From: Macrostomum hystrix
Taxonomy: Eukaryota > Animalia > Platyhelminthes
Direction of reading: 5' to 3'
Length of the DNA stretch: 64,000 nt
Assembly (NCBI GenBank): GCA_950097015.1
Contig: CATNEN010000002.1
Location: 6,200,001 to 6,264,000, forward strand
Shown here: piece after piece, positions 1-9,160 of the stretch
How the letters are laid out: each line of letters begins with the position of its first letter
Numbering within the stretch: position 1 is the stretch's first letter
Notes under the pieces: generated by a model
Database searches by the model: none
What the model saw: only the letters and a program-made list of their open reading frames with translations
What the model was told of the DNA's origin: nothing
Program-made: the position numbers and the translations under genes

Positions 1-7
1 TTTCCAG

Positions 8-3000
8 CATCAATATGACGGACATCCTGCCCAGCCACTCCATCACTGGTGGAGTGTTTTCTCCGCTGACTTTGTTTGAGTCCACCATCACCAATGCCCA
101 GATGCTGGTTGAGTCCATGGCTGAGCGTGAGCTGTTCTCAGCTCTGCGCATCATCGGCAGCCTCCACAGTCACGTGGTACACGTCATGGAGCCCCGCTAC
201 GGCCGGCTGTGCGAGCGAAGCGACCACCTCGCCGAGCTGGAAGCCTCCGGCATGGCCCAGACTGCCGCAGCCGCTGCTGAAGCGGCCGCTTCGTCTGCCA
301 CTGTTAGCGGCGCCAGGCGTGTTGCTAAGGAGGAGAAGATCATGTCCAATTCACCACTGGCTGCTCAGCAGTCTTCTGTGCTCCACTCGGCACTGGGCAC
401 CATAAAGGTTTGTTTGAGCTCACGCTTAGCATCTGAAGCAAATGTACACGTTTTTAGGCCATTTTCAATATTAGATTACTAATTTCTTGAGTAATTTATT
501 AAATAATTAGAGGCTAGGCTAAACTCTTCTCCCCCACAACAACAGATGGAGAACTTTGAGTCGGCGGCGGCAGACTACGGTGAGCAGCACCTGCTGGAGG
601 AGCCACCAACGGAGATCCTTGAAGAAGACGCCGACGATGAGATTGACGACGAAGATGATTGTGTCATCACCGACTATTTCGACGACAGCAGCTTCGGTGG
701 CGGCGGGGTCGGCGGAATTGGAGGCTTCGGCCCGACCCCGTCCAAGATGCCGCGCTACGGCGGCGGTGGCGGAGGTGGCGGCGACAGTTCGATGCCCGCC
801 GAGTGCAAGACCATCATGAGAAGAGCTTACAAGGCGTTGAAAGGGAATGGGCCGCATCTGTTTGACTTTAGCCTGCCGTGAGTTGCACTGAGTTTTAGTT
901 TAACAATTCCTAGAATTCCGGTTAAATTGGGTTTTTCTTAGATTTGAGTGATGGAGTGGGATTTTAAGGACTGTGATGTTTTGGTTTTGAGTAAAGCAGT
1001 AGCATTTAGGTTAAGGAGTTGTTTGTGGGATTTGGGTTAAGGACTGGGATTTTTATGCTAGTGGGATTTCTAGAGAACTTTTATTAATGAGTCTGGGACT
1101 TATTCAGTTTTTAGTGAAATAAGTGTGACTTATTCGGATTTGTGGATAAAGAGTTGGATTTTGGCCACTGGGTTGAGTTGCTATAAATTTTTGGTCATGT
1201 AGTGGAAATTTAAAGGCTATTTGATTGAGAATTCAAGTAATGATTTTTAGGTAAAATTCGAGAACTATATTTAATCTAGAATAATGTAGACTTCTTAACT
1301 TGCTAGTGGACATTTCCATCATGAAGATAGGCATTGCCTAGCGCTTAGAAACAATCTGACTCTGTATTCCCGCTGTGCACCTGCCCCCAGTTTCTCCTCG
1401 GATCAGAACCAACGCGTTGCCGCACGAGTGACCGCAAAGGCCAAGGAGATGGCCCACGGCAAGGGCTGGCCTGAAGACATCTGGCAGAGTGAGTGGGCAG
1501 GTCTTTCCTCTGATATTTCTTTCATTCACCTTGAAAATAAGTTGCATTGACCAGTGTATTATGGGATCTGAGATATTTAAAACAGTCGGACAGACTGTAG
1601 AAATATTAATAGCACACAACGCAGTAGCAGCTTCCAAGAAGGCTGTGTCCTGCTGTCCATGGACTGTAGGGTAGGGATGGTCGCCAATCAAACCTAAATT
1701 TCCCCACCATTTGTTAATGGGCACCAATTTAGTTCCTTGAGAATGATGATTCAAACTACCGACAAAATTATAAGTCTATAATTTAGGAGTGTCGACATTT
1801 TATGTACTACTTAGGAATTTAGTAGTAATTGCTGTATTTGCTATTTTTTTATTATCTATCTGTGTATTTTTGCTTCCATACAAATTTTGTCAAGTCTGGA
1901 AACGTCGCAAGTGAAATGTGGATGTCTGAGATTACAAATCAAATAAAAAAAGCTGATAATTTACAATTCAGCAAATGCTTCACTATGCATTAATTAACTA
2001 ATTAAACTGCATTTTTTTCTTACTGTGGAATGAAATTTTCCCTAAATTTGTATCCCAAGACTTTTTTACTCTGTTTTTAGCACAACAGCCTGCCCCTTGA
2101 ACTGCTGGCGTTTCAGGTAGCGACGTTTCTAGGAAGCTCAGTAAGGATTTGAGTTGATCTAGTCAACAATAGATAAACCAATTGTTCTAGGACTACCCTA
2201 TGGCTCGCGAACTGTCTATGTGTACTTGGATTTCCGGCAGAAGATGCGAATCCGACATCGAGTTGTAGTAAGCCAATAGTGTCCTTAAATGCAGTTTTAT
2301 AGCGGGCGTGAGTCTCCTAGTTGCATTGTTGCATTTCCACACCGATCAATAATGTGCTTGCGATGTTTACCAATTAACACTGTGCTGTAGTTTGTGGTTC
2401 GGCACAATCTGTCATGCCTATTTAACTTAATTCCGCCTAATAATTGATTAATGCTTGAAGGACTGCCCAAAGATGCCAGGGTGAATCGCATTCACTGCAC
2501 CCTGGCTGCTGGCCTCCGCTTCAAGCACAAGCAGATTGTGAGTTTCAAGCTTGCCCAGTTACTATCATTGGCGTTGTGCTTTGATCATTTAAGCAGCAGC
2601 AATGCGTTGAGCACATTCTAATCACTTATTCGACGTTTCCTGAGTATGCCTAAATAGCTTGAAAACCTGAAATCCCAGGAATTCTGAGCATCCTCGCATT
2701 TGCCCACACACCCCTAATCTCCCCCGGAACTGTTTTCTAGAACTGCCAAAAGTTGGCCGACTGTCTGAGATTTTCTTTGTATTCCGAAGCCAGATTCGAA
2801 ACAAGCTGCGGGTGTTTGTAAGCCAAGAATGTCGACTGTGATTTTATTTCTCATTGTTTTGTTTGTTGCCAGCGGCGTTTCTCGACTATTGCGGCCTAGC
2901 TAAGAGTTTTAAAATTCACACGCGTACGAAAATTAACCTGATTGTTTTAGAGTTGCCGGCAAGCGGTCGTGTTGGCAAGATGTTCACCGATTTTAGGCAG

Positions 3001-6000
3001 AAGATGCGCGTCAAACTTCAGTTTAATGTGCGTCTGCTGGGCTGTGCAAACAGCAGCTCTTGTTTTTTCTATAGAAAAGTCTGCGACCGCGTTTCCTGAC
3101 TTGAGTTTGCCTGATAAAATACAGTTCATCACTGGGTTTCAAAACTCAAACCCGCTAAAGCAAGTGCATTTATAATTGTCCATTCTAATGCAGGGCTGCC
3201 ATTTGCGGCTCGTCTGGCGTGCGTGTTCAGCAATTTCCGCCACAAAATGCGAAGCAAATGGCGCGCAGATGTTAGTTCGGTCATTGTTGTTTAGGGCCTG
3301 AATGCGGTGAATTATTTTTGAAAGGCTGACGTTTCCTGACTAGACCATTGTCCTCAGTCATTGTTCTGAACATAATCTTGAGGATTGCAGCAGTTTTGTC
3401 TCTTGGCGCCTCTTACAGACCTGCCATTCAATAGCCGGCTGATTCGCATCTTTGGCGACTTTAAAAAGAAGATTCGTTTCAAATGGCGCTCAACAGTTAG
3501 TCTGGGCTCTTGTTGCCGCATAATTAGTTTCTTCTCTAGTCAATTGAAGCAGGCGTAGGGCGGCTGCGGGCCATTCCGCCAAGCTCTGACTGAGCACACG
3601 TGTGCTCGGATACGCTGAGACGGAGCGGTCAACGCGTCCTACCCTAGCACCCAAGATCTCTATAAAAATATTTTTGACTCTTCGGGGGTTTTGTGCAATT
3701 TACGGCCATAGGCAGTGAAGCCAGCGCCTGAATGCTTTGGGGATGACAGATTGGTTGACAGACTAGTCGAAGGTGTCCTGTGGTTGAGCTGCGCCTAATG
3801 GTTAGGCTTGAACAGTGAAATTGGAGAAATTCGCGTCAGGGTGTCCATGGTGGCCTAGTTCCACCTTTTGTAGCTCTTGAAGGTCTAGATAGATAAGAGA
3901 GATAGATCTAGATAAAGGTCGGTGACCGCCGAAGTCGGAGATGATGCAAGCACATTCGGGTGACATGCTGATAAAGTTTAAAGGTCTGGAAAGGCCGCAC
4001 TGAGGCGCAGTGCAAATTCGTGTATAGGAGTGTATGAAATACACTAGCTCTTATGGGAAAAATCGGACCTTCGGCCAGAAACATTGAATATCTCGACTGT
4101 CTGAAGAGCTGGCGACTTGTTTCTTGTTTCAGAAGATGCGCAACAAAAAGTTGGCCCGTGTTCTCGAGTTTCGTGTGCTTGCATTGTTCCGTATGGGTGC
4201 AGCAAAAAACATTGTCGGTCCTACTTGGTAGTTCTACCGTTAACGGTCCGGAAAAAGAGCCTAGGAATGGTCAAGGAATCGGACTGTGGCAAAAATGTTC
4301 TATGGCACAAAATACCAGTAATATTGCTAATGTGAATTGGGGATGTTGGTCTTTACTGGTATCCATAGCTCAACAAGCCCCAACCCTGATCTCCGTATCT
4401 ACGCAGTTTTAATTGGCCTTCAGCCCACTCTTGACGTCACCCACCTACAATCAATCTGTTGATGGTTGCATATTTATTTATTTTTTTTTATTCACTGCAG
4501 ACGTTTTCCGACCCATTCAAAGAACTATCATTGTCCTAAAAATATGTCTATGGCATCAAAGAATTCACCGTTCATATTTGCAGACCTTCCCACTAATAGC
4601 CGACTGCACAGCATATTTGCCGACTTTAGAAAGAAGATGCGAAACAAGTGGCGCGTTGATGTTTGTTTAAACTCGCTTCTGCTGCAATAGAGCATTTGTT
4701 GGAAAACCAGGAGCATTCAAAGAAACAATTTTACGAATCAGGGCAAAGCTAAAAAATTCATGACCTAGTTCTAAAACAGTGACTGAATAATGGCCAAATT
4801 TTAGTACAGTATGACTAAATCAAGATTCAGTCATAGAGCAGCATGACTGAATCTTGACCAAATCATAGTACTGTATGGCTGAATCATGACAAGATTCTAG
4901 AACATTATGAATAAATCATGACCAATGAATAGAACAGTATGACTGCATTATGACCAAATTCTAGTACACTATGACGAAATCATGACCTAATCATAAAACA
5001 GTATGACTGAATCATGACCAAATCATAGAACAGTATGACTGAATCATGACCAAATCATAGAACAGTATGACTGAATCATGACCAAATCATAGAACAGTAT
5101 GACTGAATCATGACCAAATCATAGAACAGTATGACTGAATCATGACCAAATCATAAAACAGTATGACTGAATCATGACCAAATCATAGAACAGTATGACT
5201 GAATCATGACCAAATCATAGTACTGTATGACTGAATCATGACCAAATCATAGAACAGTATGACTGAATCATGACCAAATCATAGAACAGTATGACTGAAT
5301 CATGACCAAATCATAGTACTGTATGACTGAATCATGACAAGATTCTAGAACATTATGAATAAATCATGACCAATGAATAGAACAGTATGACTGCATTATG
5401 ACCAAATTCTAGTACACTATGACGAAATCATGACCTAATCATAAAACAGTATGACTGAATCATGACCAAATCATAGAACAGTATGACTGAATCATGACCA
5501 AATCATAGAACAGTATGACTGAATCATGACCAAATCATAGAACAGTATGACTGAATCATTAACAAGTCGATGAACAGTTTGTCTGAATTGTGAGCAAATC
5601 CAGGAACATCTAAGAATAGTATCACTGAATCATGACCAAATGAACGAAGATCATGACCGAATCAACAAAGATGATGCCCTGATCCAAGACATCAGATCCC
5701 AGGCTAAACCTGGGAAAAACCCTTGGCTTTTGCCTCATCCCACACCCCGCACGCCGTCAACTCCAGAAGCTGAACCGGCGTCAGAAAAGTTTCGAACTCG
5801 TGGCCACCAGCCTGACCTCTGAGGAGCTGGAGAAATTCCGAGTGATCCTCACCAGAGAGTACACCAGCTCAGATGAGGAGTGCGGCTCCGGCGGCACCGA
5901 CCAGCTCCGGGTGCGCGAACTCGCCTGGGAGTCGGACGAGGTCAAACGGTTGAAGCGGCAGCTGGATCAGGTGTACTCAGACAATTGCGCAACAACCAAG

Positions 6001-6123
6001 CAGAAGCAACAGCTGGCCAGGTGCATCCGGGACCCGATGCGGTCCAGGTCGCAACGGCCGCCGCCTGAACACGCGCCCAGCTGGGCTCTGAAGGTGCCGC
6101 AGCAGAGAGGCCAAACCAGCTGA
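8..6123 (+). CDS. C14orf93-like protein, 5'-partial spliced gene containing a mutually exclusive exon cluster
   Basis: Exons: 8-407 (acceptor tttccag at 1-7, ATG at 15, donor gtttgt), 546-877, 1391-1488, one of seven 77-nt exons (2191-4660), and 5767-6123 (stop TGA). All junctions are GT-AG and phase-compatible (0, 2, 1, 0), giving 418 aa from ATG15. The C-terminal motifs FDFSLPFSSDQNQRV, YTSSDEE, LRVRELAWESDEVKRLKRQLD and RPPPEHAPSWAL match my recollection of the C14orf93-like family (S-D/S-E-E acidic motif followed by a W/R-x-S helix ending LD). The family call is from recall, not from a search. Confidence 0.75.
1889..1915 (+). promoter_or_regulatory. Candidate intronic docking site for mutually exclusive splicing (GTCAAGTCTGGAAACGTCGCAAGTGAA)
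   Basis: Single-copy sequence about 400 nt downstream of the constitutive donor at 1489. Its reverse complement (TTCACTTGCGACGTTTCCAGACTTGAC) recurs in degenerate form upstream of all seven variable exons. Confidence 0.8.
2120..2132 (+). promoter_or_regulatory. Selector A (GCGACGTTTCTAG)
   Basis: Forms 13 contiguous pairs (one G-U) with docking-site CUGGAAACGUCGC (1896-1908); lies 59 nt upstream of exon A. Confidence 0.8.
2191..2267 (+). CDS. Mutually exclusive exon A (77 nt): x-LPYGSRTVYVYLDFRQKMRIRHRVV
   Basis: Acceptor ttctag, donor gtaagc; phase 1 to 0; paralogous to exons B-G. Confidence 0.85.
2356..2368 (+). promoter_or_regulatory. Selector B (GCTTGCGATGTTT)
   Basis: Forms 13 pairs (two G-U) with docking-site AAACGUCGCAAGU; lies 93 nt upstream of exon B. 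Confidence 0.75.
2461..2537 (+). CDS. Mutually exclusive exon B (77 nt): x-LPKDARVNRIHCTLAAGLRFKHKQI
   Basis: Acceptor ttgaag, donor gtgagt; phase 1 to 0. The most divergent member, but it keeps L1, P2, R6, R19 and K21. Confidence 0.8.
2622..2643 (+). promoter_or_regulatory. Selector C (TCACTTattCGACGTTTCCtGA)
   Basis: 10-bp plus 6-bp helices with the docking site; lies 98 nt upstream of exon C. Confidence 0.8.
2741..2817 (+). CDS. Mutually exclusive exon C (77 nt): x-LPKVGRLSEIFFVFRSQIRNKLRVF
   Basis: Acceptor ttttctag, donor gtaagc; phase 1 to 0. Confidence 0.85.
2872..2887 (+). promoter_or_regulatory. Selector D (GCGGCGTTTCTCGACT)
   Basis: 15 of 16 positions pair with docking-site AGUCUGGAAACGUCGC (two G-U); lies 64 nt upstream of exon D. 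Confidence 0.8.
2951..3027 (+). CDS. Mutually exclusive exon D (77 nt): x-LPASGRVGKMFTDFRQKMRVKLQFN
   Basis: Acceptor gttttag, donor gtgcgt; phase 1 to 0. Confidence 0.85.
3082..3104 (+). promoter_or_regulatory. Selector E (TGCGAccgCGTTTCCtGACTTGA)
   Basis: 14 of 15 pairs with docking-site UCAAGUCUGGAAACG plus a 5-bp UGCGA/UCGCA helix; lies 90 nt upstream of exon E. Confidence 0.8.
3194..3270 (+). CDS. Mutually exclusive exon E (77 nt): x-LPFAARLACVFSNFRHKMRSKWRAD
   Basis: Acceptor ctaatgcag, donor gttagt; phase 1 to 0. Confidence 0.85.
3328..3345 (+). promoter_or_regulatory. Selector F (GACGTTTCCtGACTaGAC)
   Basis: 16 of 18 positions complementary to docking site 1889-1906; lies 74 nt upstream of exon F. 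Confidence 0.8.
3419..3495 (+). CDS. Mutually exclusive exon F (77 nt): x-LPFNSRLIRIFGDFKKKIRFKWRST
   Basis: Acceptor tcttacag, donor gttagt; phase 1 to 0. Confidence 0.85.
4491..4512 (+). promoter_or_regulatory. Selector G (TTCACTGCAGACGTTTTCCGAC)
   Basis: Gapped match to the docking-site reverse complement TTCACTTGCGACGTTTCCAGAC; lies 72 nt upstream of exon G. Confidence 0.7.
4584..4660 (+). CDS. Mutually exclusive exon G (77 nt): x-LPTNSRLHSIFADFRKKMRNKWRVD
   Basis: Acceptor atttgcag, donor gtttgt; phase 1 to 0. Confidence 0.85.
4760..5640. repeat. Intronic minisatellite, 32-bp unit (ATGACTGAATCATGACCAAATCATAGAACAGT)
   Basis: Directly visible tandem array in the last intron of the C14orf93-like gene. 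Confidence 0.95.
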
Positions 6124-6887
6124 GTTGACTGCTGTGTTGTTAGCTTATTGAATTGCAATCAGACAGCGTCTAGTGTTATTCGGCTATTTGTAAATTGGTT
6201 TTGCTTTTTACGTTTGCCTACGGCTACCTTATAAATCATAATGCCGATCGTTTTTAATTGCCGAACTCATTTCTGGACTATTTCGACTGCGTACGACTCT
6301 TCTCTTTGACCTGTTCACAATAATTGAGTCTCCACAGTCAAGTGAGGTTTTTCAGCTTATTTTTAAACTAAAGATAAGGCCAGCTAAAGATTATTGGTGA
6401 ATGAACTGCTAAGCAGAGAGCGGAAGTTAACTGCTATAGAGAGTATGTAGAGTGGGTATGAACTACTGTAGAGTGTGTATGAACTACTGTAGAGTATGTA
6501 GAGTGGGTATGAACTACTGTAGAGTGGGTATGAACTGCTTTAGAGTGGGTATGGACTACTGTAGAGTGGGTATGAACTACTGTAGAGTGGGTATGAACTA
6601 CTGTAGAGTGGGTATGAACTACTGTAGAGTGGGTATGAACTACTGTAGAGGGGGTATGAACTGCTGTAGAGTGGGTATGAACTACTGTAGAGGGGGTATG
6701 AACTACTGTAGAGGGGGTATGAACTGCTGTAGAGTGGGTATGAACTACTGTAGAGTGGGTATGAACTACTGTAGAGTGGGTATGAACTACTGTAGAGTGG
6801 GTATGAACTGCTGTAGAGTGGGTATGAACTGCTGTAGAGTGGGTATGAACTGCTGTAGAGTGGGTATGAACTGCTGTAGAGTGGGTA

Positions 6888-7114
6888 TAATAATAATAAT
6901 TGAATAATTGATTACACCTGCCCCAATTGGGTCAAATGTGCAGCCGACAGCACAGCCGCAGCTAATGCGCGGCGCATCTGAAGGCTGCGTACAGCTGTTC
7001 AGTCCATGGACTGGGGGGACGCCACACCCACCTTCAATTATCCCAGCTGATGCTAATACCCATTTAACAGCTGGGTGAACTGAAGCAATGTAGAGTTAAG
7101 TGTCTTGCTAAAAG
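6888..7114 (-). mobile_element. 5'-truncated SINE copy 1
   Basis: Reverse complement of the 3' ~225 nt of the full-length SINE at 23035-23347, including the (ATT)n tail. Confidence 0.9.
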
Positions 7115-7268
7115 AGTGGGTATGAACTACTGTAGAGTGGGTATGAACTACTGTAGAGTGGGTATGAACTACTGTAGAGTGGGTATGAACTGCTGTAGAG
7201 TGGGTATGAACTGCTGTAGAGTGGGTATGAACTGCTGTAGAGTGGGTATGAACTGCTGTAGAGTGGGT

Positions 7269-7496
7269 ATAATAATAATAATTGAATAATTGATTACACC
7301 TGCCCCAATTGGGTCAAATGTGCAGCCGACAGCACAGCCGCAGCTAATGCGCGGCGCATCTGAAGGCTGCGTACAGCTGTTCAGTCCATGGACTGGGGGG
7401 ACGCCACACCCACCTTCAATTATCCCAGCTGATGCTAATACCCATTTAACAGCTGGGTGAACTGAAGCAATGCAGAGTTAAGTGTCTTGCTAAAAG
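7269..7496 (-). mobile_element. 5'-truncated SINE copy 2
   Basis: Near-identical to 6888-7114 with the same truncation point; part of a ~380-bp tandem duplication. Confidence 0.9.
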
Positions 7497-9160
7497 AGTG
7501 GGTATGAACTACTGTAGAGTGGGTATGAACTACTGTAGAGTGGGTATGAACTGCTGTAGAGTGGGTATGAACTACTGTAGAGTGGGTATGAACTACTGTA
7601 GAGTGGGTATGAACTGCTGTAGAGTGGGTATGAACTACTGCAGAGTGGGTATGAAGTACTGTAGAGTGGGTATGAACTACTGTAGAGTGGGTATGAACTG
7701 CTGTAGAGTGGGTATGAAGTACTGTAGAGTGGGTATGAACTACTGTAGAGTGGGTATGAACTGCTGTAGAGTGGGTATGAACTACTGCAGAGTGGGTATG
7801 AAGTACTGTAGAGTGGGTATGAACTGCTGTAGAGGGGTATGAACTACTCTAGAGTGTGTATGAAGTACTGTAGAGTGGGTATATACTACTACACATAGAG
7901 AGTGAACAGTTGAAGAGTAGCAGCAAATTAATCTAGCGGGCTCTGGTCTCCTGGCATCTACTAGCTAAAAGCGTAAATTGTTTTACGAGTATATTGCTCA
8001 GCTTGACGAGGACATACATTTCTTGCTTAATTTGCGTCAGAGTTTTGCATTTTGTCAACTAATTAATAGTTTATTCTCCAGCTATAGGTAATAACTACTC
8101 AGTCATCTCGCTTTATTAACTGTTGTGATTCTTTGCGTTCCATTGGACATAGAAGTGCAAGTATTGTGAAGCAATCGTTTATTTAAGTAATTGTTCATGT
8201 TGGGTTACCGGTTACGCGTTTGAATAAGTTGTGTTACTTAATTTGTCTATAAAAATGAATTTAACAGTAACTTTGAGTTCCAAAATATACTGGAATATAT
8301 TTTGGGTCGGGTCGCATTGTTCATCATCGAAACCGAAACGAAACTTGTAAAAGTATTTTAATCTGAGTTCTCTCTGCTAAAACGATATTGTTGTAGCGAT
8401 ACGCTCGTATCCTGCGTTCCGTGAAAGTCCTGATAGTCAGCATAGCCGACCATCGACTATTTTATCCTTGGTGTGTGGTCTTGCTTGACTCCATGAAATC
8501 CGAAGCGAATTTTATGCAGTTCGCATCAGTCTTAAACTCAAGAACTACTCAAGAATTGTTTTATTCCTTACACGGACGGGTGGGCAGCTAATCGTCTATG
8601 ATAATCTGAGAGATTGTGACAAACTGAACACAAACATTTCAATAAACTGAACACTTTGAAAACGAGTTTTGATAAAATTCTAACAAAAACAATTAAGCTG
8701 AAGTTTTGGAATGCAGAATGCATTTCCTCGAAAATTACTATTTTTTTTACTCGATTCGCTATTTCTGTGAGTTTTTGCTACCAAATACGTTTGTATGACC
8801 GCCATGAGACTATGGCTATGAGCTCTGTCACTATGAGAGCTGCTTCACAGCAGAGCAAACAAATCTGGCTGGCTGGCATGTTTGCCCATCTTCGCAATTA
8901 GGTAAAAATAGAGTCGCATGTTTAAATAAACAAATACTTTTCTTAACCTGCGGCTCAAGCTACTGAGGCAGTCAATGTTGAGTATAATCTTTGTTTAACA
9001 CAATGGGCAAACACACCAGATTTAACGCGTTGTCATGGCAACAGAAAACAAAGGCTATGCAGCACGCTGAGAATGTTTTTAAACTGAAATTTCGAGATTG
9101 ACGGCGGGCCAGGAGAGCTCAGTGTTTCACCCCTGCCTGACCGAGTCTGACTGCTCAGAC

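Larger units (their letters stand above)
6420..7890. repeat. Minisatellite, 21-bp unit (GTAGAGTGGGTATGAACTACT), interrupted by two SINE fragments
   Basis: Directly visible; accounts for the MNYCRVG-repeat ORFs. Confidence 0.95.

Noticed and set aside
1489-1500. Alternative in-frame donor at 1501 (gcag|gtcttt) adding SEWA
   Set aside because: Weaker consensus than caga|gtgagt at 1489. It is phase-compatible, so it does not affect the cassette model, but it is unsupported.
2081-2140. Candidate extra exon after a strong acceptor (HNSLPLELLAFQ...)
   Set aside because: Open only in phase 0, incompatible with the phase-1 upstream donor; the phase-1 readings hit stops. It may be a decoy acceptor or a decayed copy.
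2622-3345. Selectors as remnants of a longer duplicated coding unit (T/A-F-P-D/E peptide)
   Set aside because: Stop codons separate the motif from the exon before A, C, E and F. Only D has an in-frame upstream AG (2872). Complementarity to one upstream site explains the motif better.
3592-3607. Perfect 16-bp palindrome GAGCACACGTGTGCTC in the F-G spacer
   Set aside because: Isolated, with no associated element ends recognisable; not interpretable from sequence alone.
2120-4512. CRISPR-like reading of the recurring CGTTTCC motif with variable spacers
   Set aside because: Eukaryotic context, degenerate and unevenly spaced motif, no cas genes; the spacers contain spliceable paralogous exons.
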